Of a stretch of 64,000 bases of DNA, positions 1 to 9,704 are shown piece after piece. The stretch covers positions 1 to 64,000 of the forward strand of contig CAVPJU010000002.1 in NCBI GenBank assembly GCA_963705505.1, given 5' to 3'. The position numbers and the translations under genes are program-made. The notes beneath the pieces were generated by a model. That model made no database searches. It saw only the letters and a program-made list of their open reading frames with translations, and was not told the DNA's origin. The stretch comes from an uncultured bacterium (lineage in GTDB: Bacteria > Desulfobacterota_D > UBA1144 > Nemesobacterales > UBA2774). The stretch's first letter is position 1. Each line of letters begins with the position of its first letter.

Positions 1-2
1 GC

Positions 3-36
3 ATATACCCCGGACACCTGTCACATTGTCACTTGG
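3..36. repeat. Direct repeat copy 1 (31/34 identical to 626-659)
   Basis: ATATACCCcGgACAcCTGTCACATTGTCACTTGG vs ATATACCCaGaACAtCTGTCACATTGTCACTTGG; may extend beyond the window edge. Confidence 0.9.
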
Positions 37-83
37 TCTAAACCGTACTTGATTTTTGTTATGTCTTATTTATTATCAGCATA

Positions 84-575
84 ATGAAGGAAATCTTTTA
101 TTATCTTGCTAGCATGGCCGGAATTATTAATCTGATCCTTATGCTACTGGAATATAAGAACAATAAAAACAGAGAAATCAGGGCAAGGACGGATCAAGTT
201 ATAAACGATTTTGGGAACAATATACATAAAGTTTATATAGATCTGTTTAACTCCGATCAGGGTCAACCATATACACGTGGGATAGTTACTACGAACACTT
301 TAGCAAATAACCCATCATATATAAAGCTACTGAGTTATTTTGAGAACCTAGGTTTATTATGGAATAGAAATTATATTGATAAGAAGATGATACAAGAAAA
401 CTTATATGGTTATGTAGTAATTAGTTTTAATCTATTTCGAGTATATATAGAAGCTTCTAGAAACGATTACAGAAATCCGGGCTATTGCTATAATTGGGAA
501 AGTATGGTTGAAGAATTAAATAGACGTGCACTTATACTAGGGTCCAGACATACATCTAGTAGGGTCTCCCTATAA
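84..575 (+). CDS. DUF4760-like protein with N-terminal TM helix, AT-rich
   Basis: Hydrophobic N-terminus followed by LLSYFENLGLLWNRNYIDKKMI...YIEASR...YNWESMV, the DUF4760 pattern; much lower GC than neighbours. Confidence 0.65.
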   Translation: MKEIFYYLASMAGIINLILMLLEYKNNKNREIRARTDQVINDFGNNIHKVYIDLFNSDQGQPYTRGIVTTNTLANNPSYIKLLSYFENLGLLWNRNYIDKKMIQENLYGYVVISFNLFRVYIEASRNDYRNPGYCYNWESMVEELNRRALILGSRHTSSRVSL

Positions 576-625
576 TCCTCCCCCCTCAAATTCCCGTCAT
601 GTGACAAGTGACGGTCGTGCAGGGT

Positions 626-659
626 ATATACCCAGAACATCTGTCACATTGTCACTTGG
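626..659. repeat. Direct repeat copy 2, overlapping the stop of the AAA_25 gene
   Basis: Matches 3-36; nearby are palindrome GGGTATATACCC and inverted GTGACAAGTGAC (601-612) / GTCACATTGTCAC. Confidence 0.9.
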
Positions 660-2038
660 ATATCCCGCCTGATCTCGTAACACCCTTTTTTGGGTTTGTA
701 TATCTTCCCCGCCTGTGCGAGCCTACCGAGCGCCCGGAAGACGGTCCTTTTGTCTATGTCCAGCACCCGCTGAACGGCTTCGACTATCTCCCCTGTGCGT
801 AGAGGTCCGTTTGCGTCCGAGAGGAGAGAGGTAACGATGTCCTGCACGCGGTAAATCACGAACCCCGACTCCTCGCCGTTCCCCGGATCTTCACACGGCT
901 CGAACCTGTCCTCCCCCGCCTTCCTTATGTAGAGCCTGGTGCCCGACTGCTGTATCCTGTTTTTCTCGACGGACATTCGGAGCATGTCGCCCGTGAGCAC
1001 GTCCACGTTGACAACGACGTCCACCGCCCCCGCCATCGCCGACGCCCCTCTCCCCCTGTAAACCGCCTTCCCCTCGTCGCTCTTCGTCGAGTGGTGTATG
1101 AGCAGTATCGCGCACCCAGCTTCTTTCGCTACGCGCTTGAGCAGTCCCGCCATGTAGTTAGCCTCCGCGTTGTCATTCTCCTTCTCCATGGCGAGCGCCC
1201 TCGACTACGTATCGAGCACGACGAGGTCGTACCTCTCCTCCTTGCACAGAGAGAGGAACTCCCTGAAATCGTCCTTCAGGTCGAACCGGTCGAGGACGTG
1301 CAGGTCCCCGGGAAGCTCGCCGGATATGAGCTCTATCTTGTGCCTTATCAGAAAATCGGGGGTCTCGAGATCAATGTAGAGGGATTTCAGCCTCTTCGAG
1401 AACGGGACGTCGAGGAACGGCTGACCCATAGCCCCGAGGGCGCATAAGTTGTAGGCAAGCGTGCTCTTGCCCGCGCCCGGCTCGGAGTTGAGCTGGGTAA
1501 TGCACTTCGGGTAGATCACGTCCGCCCATACGGCCGGGGGCGGCTGTATGTGCTTCATGTCGGGCGCAGCCACAGGCTTGAGACGCCTGACGCCGCCCGC
1601 TCTGTCCGTGTGATAGAGCTTGTCGATGATCTTATCTATCTCATCCGCATCCGTTCCCACTCGACCGCCCGCACGCCTTCCGTTAACCTTTCCCAAAGTT
1701 TCCGCATCCGTGGAGTCGTTCTTGACTATGCCGACGTAGTAGCCGAGATTCTCTTCGAGGACCGCGTTACCCGCTACATAAGTCAGGTAACTCGTCCCGC
1801 CCGCGTGATCGAGCTCGCCCGCGTCCTCGAGAGCTTGCCGGAGTGTGACGAGATCGACAGGTATGTCGGCTGCCTGCATATCCCCGATCATGTTGTATAT
1901 CCATTGGTGCCGCTCGACGTAAAAATCCATATACTCCAATTTTTTACTGACCTCGTCATAGAGCCGGGGCTCGATTATTATCGCCCCGATTATCCCCTCC
2001 TCGTACTCTCTATGATGCGGTAACATTCCATCATCCAT
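644..2038 (-). pseudogene. DnaB N-terminal domain + AAA_25/RepA-like helicase + C-terminal HTH, interrupted by one in-frame TAG (1205-1207)
   Basis: ORFs 1205-2038 and 644-1189 are in the same frame (VVLDT*SRALAMEKENDNAE). DnaB-N motifs EEGIIGAIIIEP/DFYVERHQWIY/PVDLVTL; Walker A SEPGAGKST; IHHSTK and RGASAMAGAVD. Confidence 0.85.
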
Positions 2039-2357
2039 TCCATCCCCTCCGGTGTGTGTTTCTTCAATTTGTTTTCGCCCCTCACCAAACCCTCTCCACG
2101 GGGGATAAGGGGAATTTAAAATAAGCTAAGGGAAAAATCCTCCCAGACACCGTTTCTGAGCGAGGGAATTAAACCAATAAAAAAAGGAGAAAGTACGGGG
2201 CGGGGCGTAAATCCCTTGCCTCGTATTTTCTCCTTTACATTTTCGCGGCCCAGCAGACGCAGAACCGCCTATGAAATATAAATTATATTAAGTATATAAC
2301 TTCCGCAAGGGGGTATTTTGCCGGGCGGAGGTTTTATCACTTAATAAGGCGCGAGCT

Positions 2358-2534
2358 CTATAAGTCGCGTATGGCTTTCTGACATTTCTCAACAACCTCA
2401 GCCGGAATCACATCCATGCCGTGTTCCTCTTTGGCATGCTTTGCCGCCTGCTTCATTATTTCCTCTGCCGTCTCTCCCTTTGCCTCGAAATCACAGTCCA
2501 CTCCGACATCCCTGCAGCGAAGTACTTTCGTCAT
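2358..2534 (-). CDS. DUF1059 small metal-binding protein (58 aa, not in ORF track)
   Basis: Manual translation MTKVLRCRDVGVDCDFEAKGETAEEIMKQAAKHAKEEHGMDVIPAEVVEKCQKAIRDL; AAGGAG SD upstream. Confidence 0.9.
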   Translation of the reverse strand: MTKVLRCRDVGVDCDFEAKGETAEEIMKQAAKHAKEEHGMDVIPAEVVEKCQKAIRDL

Positions 2535-2802
2535 GATTTATCTCCTTTGTAAAGCGTGTTTTTTCCGTGGTTAGGAGTATATGACGAAAGAGGAGTGAAC
2601 GTCAATCCTTTTTGGAGTATTGCGAGAAGAGGCTCGGGCACGATTAACCGAGCGTACTACCCGGACGGACGGAGCGGATACTCAGTTTATGATAAGACCA
2701 GGCCATTCGAAAATATGTCGGGAAATACGACAAAATTATTAAGAAAAGCACAGCTCAGATATTTATATGTAAGCAATCGGGCAGGATAGAATGGTTCTTC
2801 CA

Positions 2803-2818
2803 TGGCAAGAAAGATGCA
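2803..2818 (+). promoter_or_regulatory. Possible sigma54 -24/-12 promoter
   Basis: TGGCAAGAAAGATGCA (GG-N10-GC) about 60 bp before the 2881 ATG. Confidence 0.4.
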
Positions 2819-2880
2819 TCTGAATACGTTTAGAGAGATATTTGGGGAGGTACTTTGATGAGGGGATTTGGAGAAAATAA

Positions 2881-3345
2881 ATGAGAACAAAGTGGATATT
2901 ACTAGCTGCGGTTCTAATGGCGTTAACAGGGCAAGGGTTATTCGGATGCTATGCAGGCCCGGGTTATTACGCGGGTCCGTATGACCCGTATTATAACGGC
3001 CCGTATGGACCGTATTATAATGGTGCGTATGATCCGTATTATAATGGCCCGTATGTATCCGGTGGAATCTACTATCAGTACGCATATCCTCCGGTGTATC
3101 CGACATATCCGGGATATGGGTTTGGGTCTTATGGATTTCCGTTACCGGGGTTTAACTTCTATTACAATAATTATCATGGCTGGAATAACTACTGGCACGG
3201 AAACAAGTATCAGCACGGTTATTATCATTATGGACATGGATCCGGCTATCACAATAAACCCGGCTATTATAATAGACCCGGCTATCATAGTACCCCAGGG
3301 TCTCATTATAAGGGTGGTGGGTACCATGGGGGTGGGCATAGATGA
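2881..3345 (+). CDS. Tyr/Gly/Pro/His-rich low-complexity lipoprotein
   Basis: Signal peptide with LFGC lipobox; GPYDPYYN-type repeats; GGAG SD. Confidence 0.75.
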   Translation: MRTKWILLAAVLMALTGQGLFGCYAGPGYYAGPYDPYYNGPYGPYYNGAYDPYYNGPYVSGGIYYQYAYPPVYPTYPGYGFGSYGFPLPGFNFYYNNYHGWNNYWHGNKYQHGYYHYGHGSGYHNKPGYYNRPGYHSTPGSHYKGGGYHGGGHR

Positions 3346-3498
3346 AAAGAAGGGAACAATTCGCTCGAAGTTCAACGAAGCCGCTGCCTGATCGTCCGGA
3401 GAGATGCGGCGCGCCCTCCCCTGTCAGATGTACTGATTTCGGACACCCTCAATAATCCATAGTAACCGGATTTGCTTTTAATCATTGAAAATAATTTC

Positions 3499-3514
3499 CG
3501 GCACTCCGTTTGCA
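3499..3514 (+). promoter_or_regulatory. sigma54 -24/-12 promoter
   Basis: CGGCACTCCGTTTGCA matches YGGCAC-N5-TTGCA; 45 bp before the 3560 ATG. Confidence 0.65.
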
Positions 3515-3559
3515 ATATTAATCTGAAGGCGAAGTTTTATTTTGAAAACGGAGGTCAAA

Positions 3560-4054
3560 ATGAATGTCGCTCATCTGCATTTGATTCTCAATCACATACC
3601 GCTCATAGGCGTGGGGTTCGTGACCTTGCTTATGGTCATCGCACTCATAAGAAAGTCGGGCGAGCTCATTACCGTATCCCTCTTGCTCGCGGTCGTAGTC
3701 GCCCTCTCCGCAATCCCCGTTTACCTGACGGGGGAGCCCGCGGAAGAGACAGTCGAGGATATGCAGGGCGTATCCGAGCAGATAATCGATAAGCACGAGG
3801 AGGCAGCCGAGACCGCGTTCATATTCCTCGAGGTCGTGGGAGGGATAGCGCTGATAACTCTGATCGGCGGCAGGTTCAATAAAAAATTCGGGAACGCGCT
3901 GACAATTATAACGCTTGCGGGGCTCATCGCGGGAGGCGGGCTCGTCGCATGGACAGCCAACCTGGGCGGGAAGATACATCACCCCGAGGTAAGAGGGGAC
4001 AAAACGGCTATGACCTTGCCGTCCGGAAATACCGGCGGAGACAAGGACGACTGA
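3560..4054 (+). CDS. DUF2231-like multi-TM membrane protein
   Basis: HLHLILNHIP, TGEPAEE, HEEAA, GGKIHHPEVR motifs; ATG at 3560 after GGAGG. Confidence 0.75.
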   Translation: MNVAHLHLILNHIPLIGVGFVTLLMVIALIRKSGELITVSLLLAVVVALSAIPVYLTGEPAEETVEDMQGVSEQIIDKHEEAAETAFIFLEVVGGIALITLIGGRFNKKFGNALTIITLAGLIAGGGLVAWTANLGGKIHHPEVRGDKTAMTLPSGNTGGDKDD

Positions 4055-4092
4055 AGAGATCACAAAGAAAACGAACTACAGGGAGAGATCGG

Positions 4093-4398
4093 ATGAAAGA
4101 AGGTCAGGCAATCAGTTTAAAACCGTATATTAGTTTTTCGGTGATTACGGCGTTAATGGTTGTATGGATACTCGCTGCCTGGAGCGGATTCCTTCTGGGG
4201 GTTGTCCCCGAAGCGCCGGGAGACAGCCATCATGTCTTACTGCTCGGGTATACGAGGGGAGAATGGAGCGTGATCCATTCCTGGCTCAGCGTGATCGCGG
4301 TTTTCATAACTGCGGTGGAGATAATAATTAGCCAGAAGTCCTTAAGGGACGCTATAAGATATTTAACCGAACCTCAGAGCAAAGAGGCTGTCGATTAA
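4093..4398 (+). CDS. DUF4405-like cytochrome b-type membrane protein
   Basis: Two TM segments with SG..L and LGYTRGEWSVIHSW. Confidence 0.65.
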   Translation: MKEGQAISLKPYISFSVITALMVVWILAAWSGFLLGVVPEAPGDSHHVLLLGYTRGEWSVIHSWLSVIAVFITAVEIIISQKSLRDAIRYLTEPQSKEAVD

Positions 4399-4458
4399 CG
4401 CGCGGATTTGAGCGGAGTCGACAACGGCGGATTAAAAATTGACAGAAGGGTTCCGAAT

Positions 4459-5532
4459 ATGAGAAGCATACTGATTAAATTTACATTGATAGTTCTCGTT
4501 ATCGCAGCGGCCGGGGTTTCACGCGCGGAAGACGATACGATGAAAAAGGCGCAGGGTCTTTTCAAACCCATACCCGCTCAGGCTCCCGGGAAAAAGGGAA
4601 ACCCCGCGACCCCTGAGAAAATCGCGCTCGGGAAAATGCTATATTTCGATCCGAGGCTGTCGGCTTCGGACCTTATCAGCTGCAATACCTGTCATAACCT
4701 GGGCACGGGAGGCGTTGACCTCCAGGAAACTTCTATCGGACACGCCTGGCAGAAGGGACCGAGGAACGCGCCTACCGTGCTCAATTCCGTATTCAACATA
4801 GCGCAGTTCTGGGACGGGAGGGCGAAGGACCTCGCCGAGCAGGCGAAGGGGCCGATGCAGGCTACGGTGGAGATGAGCAATACGCCCGAGAGGGTCGTAA
4901 TTACTCTCAAAAGCATGCCCGCATACGGGGAGTATTTTAAGAAGTCCTTCCCCGGTGATGATAACCCCGTCACTTTCGATAACGCAGTCAAGGCGATAGA
5001 GTCTTTCGAATCCACACTGCTCACGCCCGATTCCCCTTTCGACAGGTATCTTAAGGGGGACAGCCGGGCGCTCACTCAAAAACAGAAGGCAGGGCTTGCC
5101 CTGTTCATGGACAAGGGGTGCTCGGGCTGCCACAACGGCATCAACGTGGGCGGCGGGGGTTACTTCCCGTTCGGGCTCGTCGAGAAGCCCGCGGACGAAA
5201 TAAGGCCTCCGGGAGACAAGGGCCGCTTTGCCGTAACCAAGACCAAGAGCGACGAATACGTGTTCAAGGTGCCCACACTCCGAAATATCACGCTCACAGC
5301 GCCCTATTTTCATTCGGGAAAGGTGTGGGACCTGAGAGAGGCCGTGGCAATAATGGGGTCAGCCCAGCTCGGCGTGAAGCTCACAGATAATGACATAGAC
5401 AGTATTATGGAGTTCCTGGGCTCGCTCACGGGAGATCAGCCTCAAGTGGTTTACCCGGTACTGCCTCCGAGCGGCGGAGACACTCCCCGCCCGGTGCTCG
5501 ACATACCCAAGACGAGCGGCAAGGGTAATTAA
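4459..5532 (+). CDS. ccp: Di-haem cytochrome c peroxidase
   Basis: Signal peptide; two CxxCH (CNTCH, CSGCH); LGKMLYFDPRLS, QFWDGRA, FKVPTLRN, APYFHSG. Confidence 0.95.
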   Translation: MRSILIKFTLIVLVIAAAGVSRAEDDTMKKAQGLFKPIPAQAPGKKGNPATPEKIALGKMLYFDPRLSASDLISCNTCHNLGTGGVDLQETSIGHAWQKGPRNAPTVLNSVFNIAQFWDGRAKDLAEQAKGPMQATVEMSNTPERVVITLKSMPAYGEYFKKSFPGDDNPVTFDNAVKAIESFESTLLTPDSPFDRYLKGDSRALTQKQKAGLALFMDKGCSGCHNGINVGGGGYFPFGLVEKPADEIRPPGDKGRFAVTKTKSDEYVFKVPTLRNITLTAPYFHSGKVWDLREAVAIMGSAQLGVKLTDNDIDSIMEFLGSLTGDQPQVVYPVLPPSGGDTPRPVLDIPKTSGKGN

Positions 5533-5562
5533 AACGAATATTTGAACCTCCTCCTGACGAAC

Positions 5563-5585
5563 GGGGCGCTCAATTTGAGCGCCCC
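5563..5585 (+). terminator. Terminator-like hairpin
   Basis: GGGGCGCTCAA-T-TTGAGCGCCCC downstream of ccp. Confidence 0.6.
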
Positions 5586-5742
5586 TTGCTGTATTTCCTC
5601 AAATACAGGGATAGAGGGAATTCCCCTATCGCTATAGCCTGAATTTTCTATATAATTCTCATATGCGGGACCAGTGAGGGATTGCCCCTAAAGCAAGCCC
5701 CGTAAGCCGATGTGCCGCATCCATATAAACGGGAGGCAAGAC

Positions 5743-6999
5743 ATGCACGAGCTTTTTAATTCCCCCGCTTTTCGGGAAGCGATGCTCCAGTTCGAGAGGG
5801 CGAGCAAGCTTATAGTGGACGACGACGGGCTGGAGGAGAGGTTCAGGCTCCCTCAGAGAACTTTAGTCGTGAGCTGCCCAGTGAGGATGGACGACGGCAC
5901 TATAAAAGTATTCGGCGGGTACAGGGTGCAGCACAACCAGACCCTCGGGCCGTACAAGGGCGGGATACGCTACCACCCGGACGTGGACATGGGAGAGGTC
6001 GCGGCGCTGGCCATGAACATGACGTGGAAGTGCGGGCTCGCCGAGCTGCCGTTCGGGGGAGCAAAGGGGGGCGTCTCGGTCGACCCGAGGAAGCTCTCTC
6101 AGGGGGAACTGGAGAGGCTAACCAGGAGGTACACGGCGGAGATACTCCCTGTCATAGGGCCGAATAAGGACATTCCCGCGCCCGACCTGGGGACGAATCC
6201 TCAGGTGATGTCCTGGATTATGGACACGTACAGCATGTCACAGGGGTACACCGTGCCTTCCGTCGTCACGGGCAAGCCCGTCCTCATAGGCGGCTCTCTC
6301 GGGAGGGAGGAGGCGACGGGATACGGGGTCGCGTACGTAACGGAGGACGCGCTCAGGAAATTCAAACGGTACTCGGAAAAGGTGCGGGTAGTCATACAGG
6401 GGTTCGGGAACGTGGGGAGCTTCACTGCCTTGAAGCTGAGCGATATGGGGATCACCGTCATAGCGGTCAGCGACGTGTACGGGGGCATTTACAACCCGAA
6501 CGGCCTCGCCGTGGACGCTCTCATGCGCGCCGTTAAGGAGAAAGGCTCCGTGACCGAGTACGCCGACGGGACGAAGGTCACGAACGACGAGCTGCTCACC
6601 CTCGAGTGCGACGTGCTCATCCCTGCGGCGCTGGGCAGGGCGATAACGAAGGACAACGCGCCCCGGCTCAGGTGCGGGATGCTGGTCGAGGGAGCGAACG
6701 GTCCCACGACGGCCGAGGCCGACGATATACTGAGGGAGAGGAACATACCCGTAATACCCGACATACTGGCGAACGCCGGCGGCCTCATCGTATCGTACTT
6801 CGAATGGGTGCAGGGGCTCCAGGAATATTACTGGTCGAGGGAGGCGGTCCACGACGAATTGAAGAAGCGTATGAAGTCCACGTTCATAAAGGTCTCGGAA
6901 TATGCCGAGAAAGAGGACGTCCCCATGCGTCTTGCCGCGCTCATGCTGGGGATAAGCCGCGTATCACAGGCGAAGAAGCTCCGCGGGCTGTATCCGTGA
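5743..6999 (+). CDS. gdhA: Glu/Leu/Phe/Val dehydrogenase (glutamate dehydrogenase)
   Basis: GPYKGGIRYHP, GGAKGG, DIPAPD, GREEATGYG, QGFGNVG, EGANGP, NAGG..VSYFEW. Confidence 0.93.
   Translation: MHELFNSPAFREAMLQFERASKLIVDDDGLEERFRLPQRTLVVSCPVRMDDGTIKVFGGYRVQHNQTLGPYKGGIRYHPDVDMGEVAALAMNMTWKCGLAELPFGGAKGGVSVDPRKLSQGELERLTRRYTAEILPVIGPNKDIPAPDLGTNPQVMSWIMDTYSMSQGYTVPSVVTGKPVLIGGSLGREEATGYGVAYVTEDALRKFKRYSEKVRVVIQGFGNVGSFTALKLSDMGITVIAVSDVYGGIYNPNGLAVDALMRAVKEKGSVTEYADGTKVTNDELLTLECDVLIPAALGRAITKDNAPRLRCGMLVEGANGPTTAEADDILRERNIPVIPDILANAGGLIVSYFEWVQGLQEYYWSREAVHDELKKRMKSTFIKVSEYAEKEDVPMRLAALMLGISRVSQAKKLRGLYP
6972..6999 (+). repeat. 28-bp direct repeat (3' end of gdhA), copy 1
   Basis: GAAGAAGCTCCGCGGGCTGTATCCGTGA; 27/28 identical to 9345-9372. 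Confidence 0.9.
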
Positions 7000-7127
7000 T
7001 GAGCGGCCGGGAAGGATCCAGTCCTACCTGCACCGGATAACTATGTTAAGCTCATTTGCTGGAAAATCTGCCCTGATGTTTTTGTACTAACCTGGCAGTT
7101 TATACATAAATTAGTCAGAATCTGAAT

Positions 7128-8201
7128 ATGGGAAATACGTCCGGAACCCTGAATATAGGAATAATCGGCTGCGGCGGCGTGACAGAAACCTTCCACCTGC
7201 CCTCTCTCAAATCAATAGGCAGCGTTCAAGTTCTCGCGCTCTCGGATGTCGATAGGAAGAAATTAGACAGGTTAGCCGAAACCTATGAAATCAGGGATCG
7301 ATATGAAGATCCGTACGAGCTGATAAGCCGTCCGGGGATAGATGCCGTCGCCGTATGCGCTCCTTCCGAATATCACTTTGCGCTCGGGATGGCTGTGCTC
7401 AGTGCGGGCAAACATTTGTTCGTTGAGAAACCGGGCGCATTGTGCGCGGAAGAATGCGAGAAATTAATAAAAACAGCAGAGGAGTCTTCAGTCAAGGCAT
7501 TTGTCGGTTTCAATCTCCGTTGGCATCGTAATGTGCGAAAGGCAAAAGAGGCCATAGAGAAAGGAAAGCTGGGGCCTGTAAAACTGGTACGAAGTGTAAT
7601 AACCACGAACTATCCAATCCTTCCCGAATGGAGGAAAAGCCGGGGGCTTGGCGGCGGGGCCATATTGGATCTGGCAATTCATCATTTCGATTTGCTGAGG
7701 TACCTGTTTGGTTCGGAAGTGGAAGAAATCTACGCAAGGAGCAGCTCCGGGGATATTGAGGACGAAGCAGCTCTGGTTACAATAAAAATGTCTAACGGTA
7801 TTTTGTCGTCCTCCCTGTTTTCGTTCCGGTCAAGTCACGGAAATGAAATTGAGATATACGGAGATTCCGGGAGTCTCAAGATATCGCTCTATGACGTCGA
7901 CGGCTTTGAAATGAAACCAAATCCGGCTGCGCCGGGCGGATTAATCCGCTTAATCGGGAGACCCTTCCGTTTGGTCATGCAGACAGCCGGTAACGCAGAG
8001 GCGTTCAGGCATGGAGGAATTTTTAAAGAGTCTTACTATCGCGAATGGCAAAGCTTCGCAGATTGCGTGATCCATAATGAAGACATAGAATGCGGCCTGG
8101 AAGACGGAAGGCGCGCGCTAAAAATAGCCCTCTCGGCAATTGAATCGGTATCATCAGGAATGCCGGTAAAATTATCCGACGCACCCGGTGAGCCCGGATA
8201 A
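7128..8201 (+). CDS. Gfo/Idh/MocA oxidoreductase
   Basis: IGIIGCGG, HLFVEKP, GGGAILDLAIHHFD. Confidence 0.92.
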   Translation: MGNTSGTLNIGIIGCGGVTETFHLPSLKSIGSVQVLALSDVDRKKLDRLAETYEIRDRYEDPYELISRPGIDAVAVCAPSEYHFALGMAVLSAGKHLFVEKPGALCAEECEKLIKTAEESSVKAFVGFNLRWHRNVRKAKEAIEKGKLGPVKLVRSVITTNYPILPEWRKSRGLGGGAILDLAIHHFDLLRYLFGSEVEEIYARSSSGDIEDEAALVTIKMSNGILSSSLFSFRSSHGNEIEIYGDSGSLKISLYDVDGFEMKPNPAAPGGLIRLIGRPFRLVMQTAGNAEAFRHGGIFKESYYREWQSFADCVIHNEDIECGLEDGRRALKIALSAIESVSSGMPVKLSDAPGEPG

Positions 8202-8230
8202 AGCGGCGGCTGATGATATTTTACAATTCT

Positions 8231-8260
8231 TTATTAGAATGAATATTATTAGAATGAATA
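8231..8260. repeat. 15-bp tandem duplication
   Basis: TTATTAGAATGAATA x2. Confidence 0.8.
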
Positions 8261-8293
8261 TTATTTGAAAAAAAATCCGGGGTTTATTCGGCT

Positions 8294-9250
8294 ATGAATA
8301 TATCTAGTAGTCCCGAAATGTCGGTCGTGATAGTCACTCCGGATACCTACGGGACGATAAGCAGAACAATTGAATGCCTGAAAGCGCAGACCGTAAAGGA
8401 TAAGCTGGAACTAGTGATCGTTACGCTATCTGCGGATGATTTTGAAGTAAATCCGGAGGAGCTTGAAGTTTTTCACGGGTTTCAGGTTATCCGATCAGGT
8501 GAGTTAATTTCACTGGGACAGGCACTGGCTGCCGGAGTTAAGTCCGCATCTGCGCCGATAATTGTCTTTTCAGAGGATCATGCATTCCCGGACACTCTCT
8601 GGGCAGAAGCATTGATCGAATCGCATAAAAATAATTGGGCGGCAGTCGGACCTGTCATTTGTAATGCAAACCCGGTGAGCTCGATCGGATGGGCTGATAT
8701 CCTGATAGGCTACTCACAGTGGCTCTATCCTAACGACGGGGGAGAGATGGATCATCTCCCCGGCCATAACTCCAGTTACAAACGCCGTATCCTGCTCGAA
8801 TATGGAGAGGACCTGGCGAGGCTGCTCGAGGCCGAGAGCGTTCTTCATTGGGATCTGATTTCAAAGGGTTACAAGCTTTATTTAGAACCCGGGGCCAAGA
8901 TATATCACTTAAATTTCGGCGTTTTGTCCACGTTCCTGAAGGTCCAGCTATATATGGGCCGAACGTTTGCCGCAGCCAGATGCCGATCATGGTCGAGGCT
9001 GAAACGAATATCCTTTGCATTCGGTTCGCTTTTAATCCCTTTTGTACGTTTTTATAGAATTGTAAGAAATTATTCCGGCTGCAGTGATCTTCTCAAAACA
9101 AAACCGCTGGTTTATCCGATATTGGCATCGGGCCTTTTGGTGAGCTCGATCGGAGAGATGATGGGTTATATTTCCGGTGCCGGTGATTCCGCACAAAAAG
9201 TATTTGAATATCATTTCCACAGGGACCTGCACGTGAAGAATGAGTTATAA
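8294..9250 (+). CDS. GT2-family glycosyltransferase
   Basis: MSVVIVT N-terminus, IIVFSEDH (DxD-like), GHNSSYKR, C-terminal hydrophobic segments. Confidence 0.85.
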   Translation: MNISSSPEMSVVIVTPDTYGTISRTIECLKAQTVKDKLELVIVTLSADDFEVNPEELEVFHGFQVIRSGELISLGQALAAGVKSASAPIIVFSEDHAFPDTLWAEALIESHKNNWAAVGPVICNANPVSSIGWADILIGYSQWLYPNDGGEMDHLPGHNSSYKRRILLEYGEDLARLLEAESVLHWDLISKGYKLYLEPGAKIYHLNFGVLSTFLKVQLYMGRTFAAARCRSWSRLKRISFAFGSLLIPFVRFYRIVRNYSGCSDLLKTKPLVYPILASGLLVSSIGEMMGYISGAGDSAQKVFEYHFHRDLHVKNEL

Positions 9251-9344
9251 AAAGCCTCAGGTGTATCCATATCCATTAAAGTTCATTTACCCTTTCCGCC
9301 TGCTCCTTAGTCCGAATGTCATGCGTAAGCCACGACTCAATGGT

Positions 9345-9372
9345 GAAGAAGCTCCGCGGGCTTTATCCGTGA
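9345..9372 (+). repeat. 28-bp direct repeat (gdhA 3' end), copy 2
   Basis: GAAGAAGCTCCGCGGGCTTTATCCGTGA. Confidence 0.9.
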
Positions 9373-9635
9373 GTGCTCCTCGAATGACGCCTCTCTTTGA
9401 TTAAACGGCCCCGCACTATGACTTCCTGAACGGGCAGGTGCTTATCCCGAAAATCGAATGGAGGAGGCACCAGGACATGAACGCCGTGAGCCTTGAGTCG
9501 CTATTAATAAGTCCCTATCAGATTGTCGAATTTCATTTTAAGAATAGATGGGAGAGGGAGCAAAAATAGAAAGCAATAATTAACTTGGCGATTTATCATC
9601 CGAGTTCTATTTTTAGAATAATTGTTTGAGCTTAT

Positions 9636-9672
9636 AAAAAAAGGAGCAATGATCCGAGATCACTGCTCCTTT
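9636..9672 (-). terminator. Intrinsic terminator of phoX
   Basis: AAAGGAGCAATGATC-CGA-GATCACTGCTCCTTT with an A-run that reads as a U-tract on the minus strand. Confidence 0.75.
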
Positions 9673-9704
9673 GTCCTATAATATAGAATTTACTTTACCA
9701 GTTA

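Noticed and set aside
1205..1207. Pyrrolysine or genome-wide amber recoding
   Set aside because: Other genes in the window terminate at TAG and no pyl genes are present
2970..3055. 24-bp periodic repeats as a CRISPR array
   Set aside because: In-frame coding repeats (GPYDPYYN) with no spacers and no cas genes
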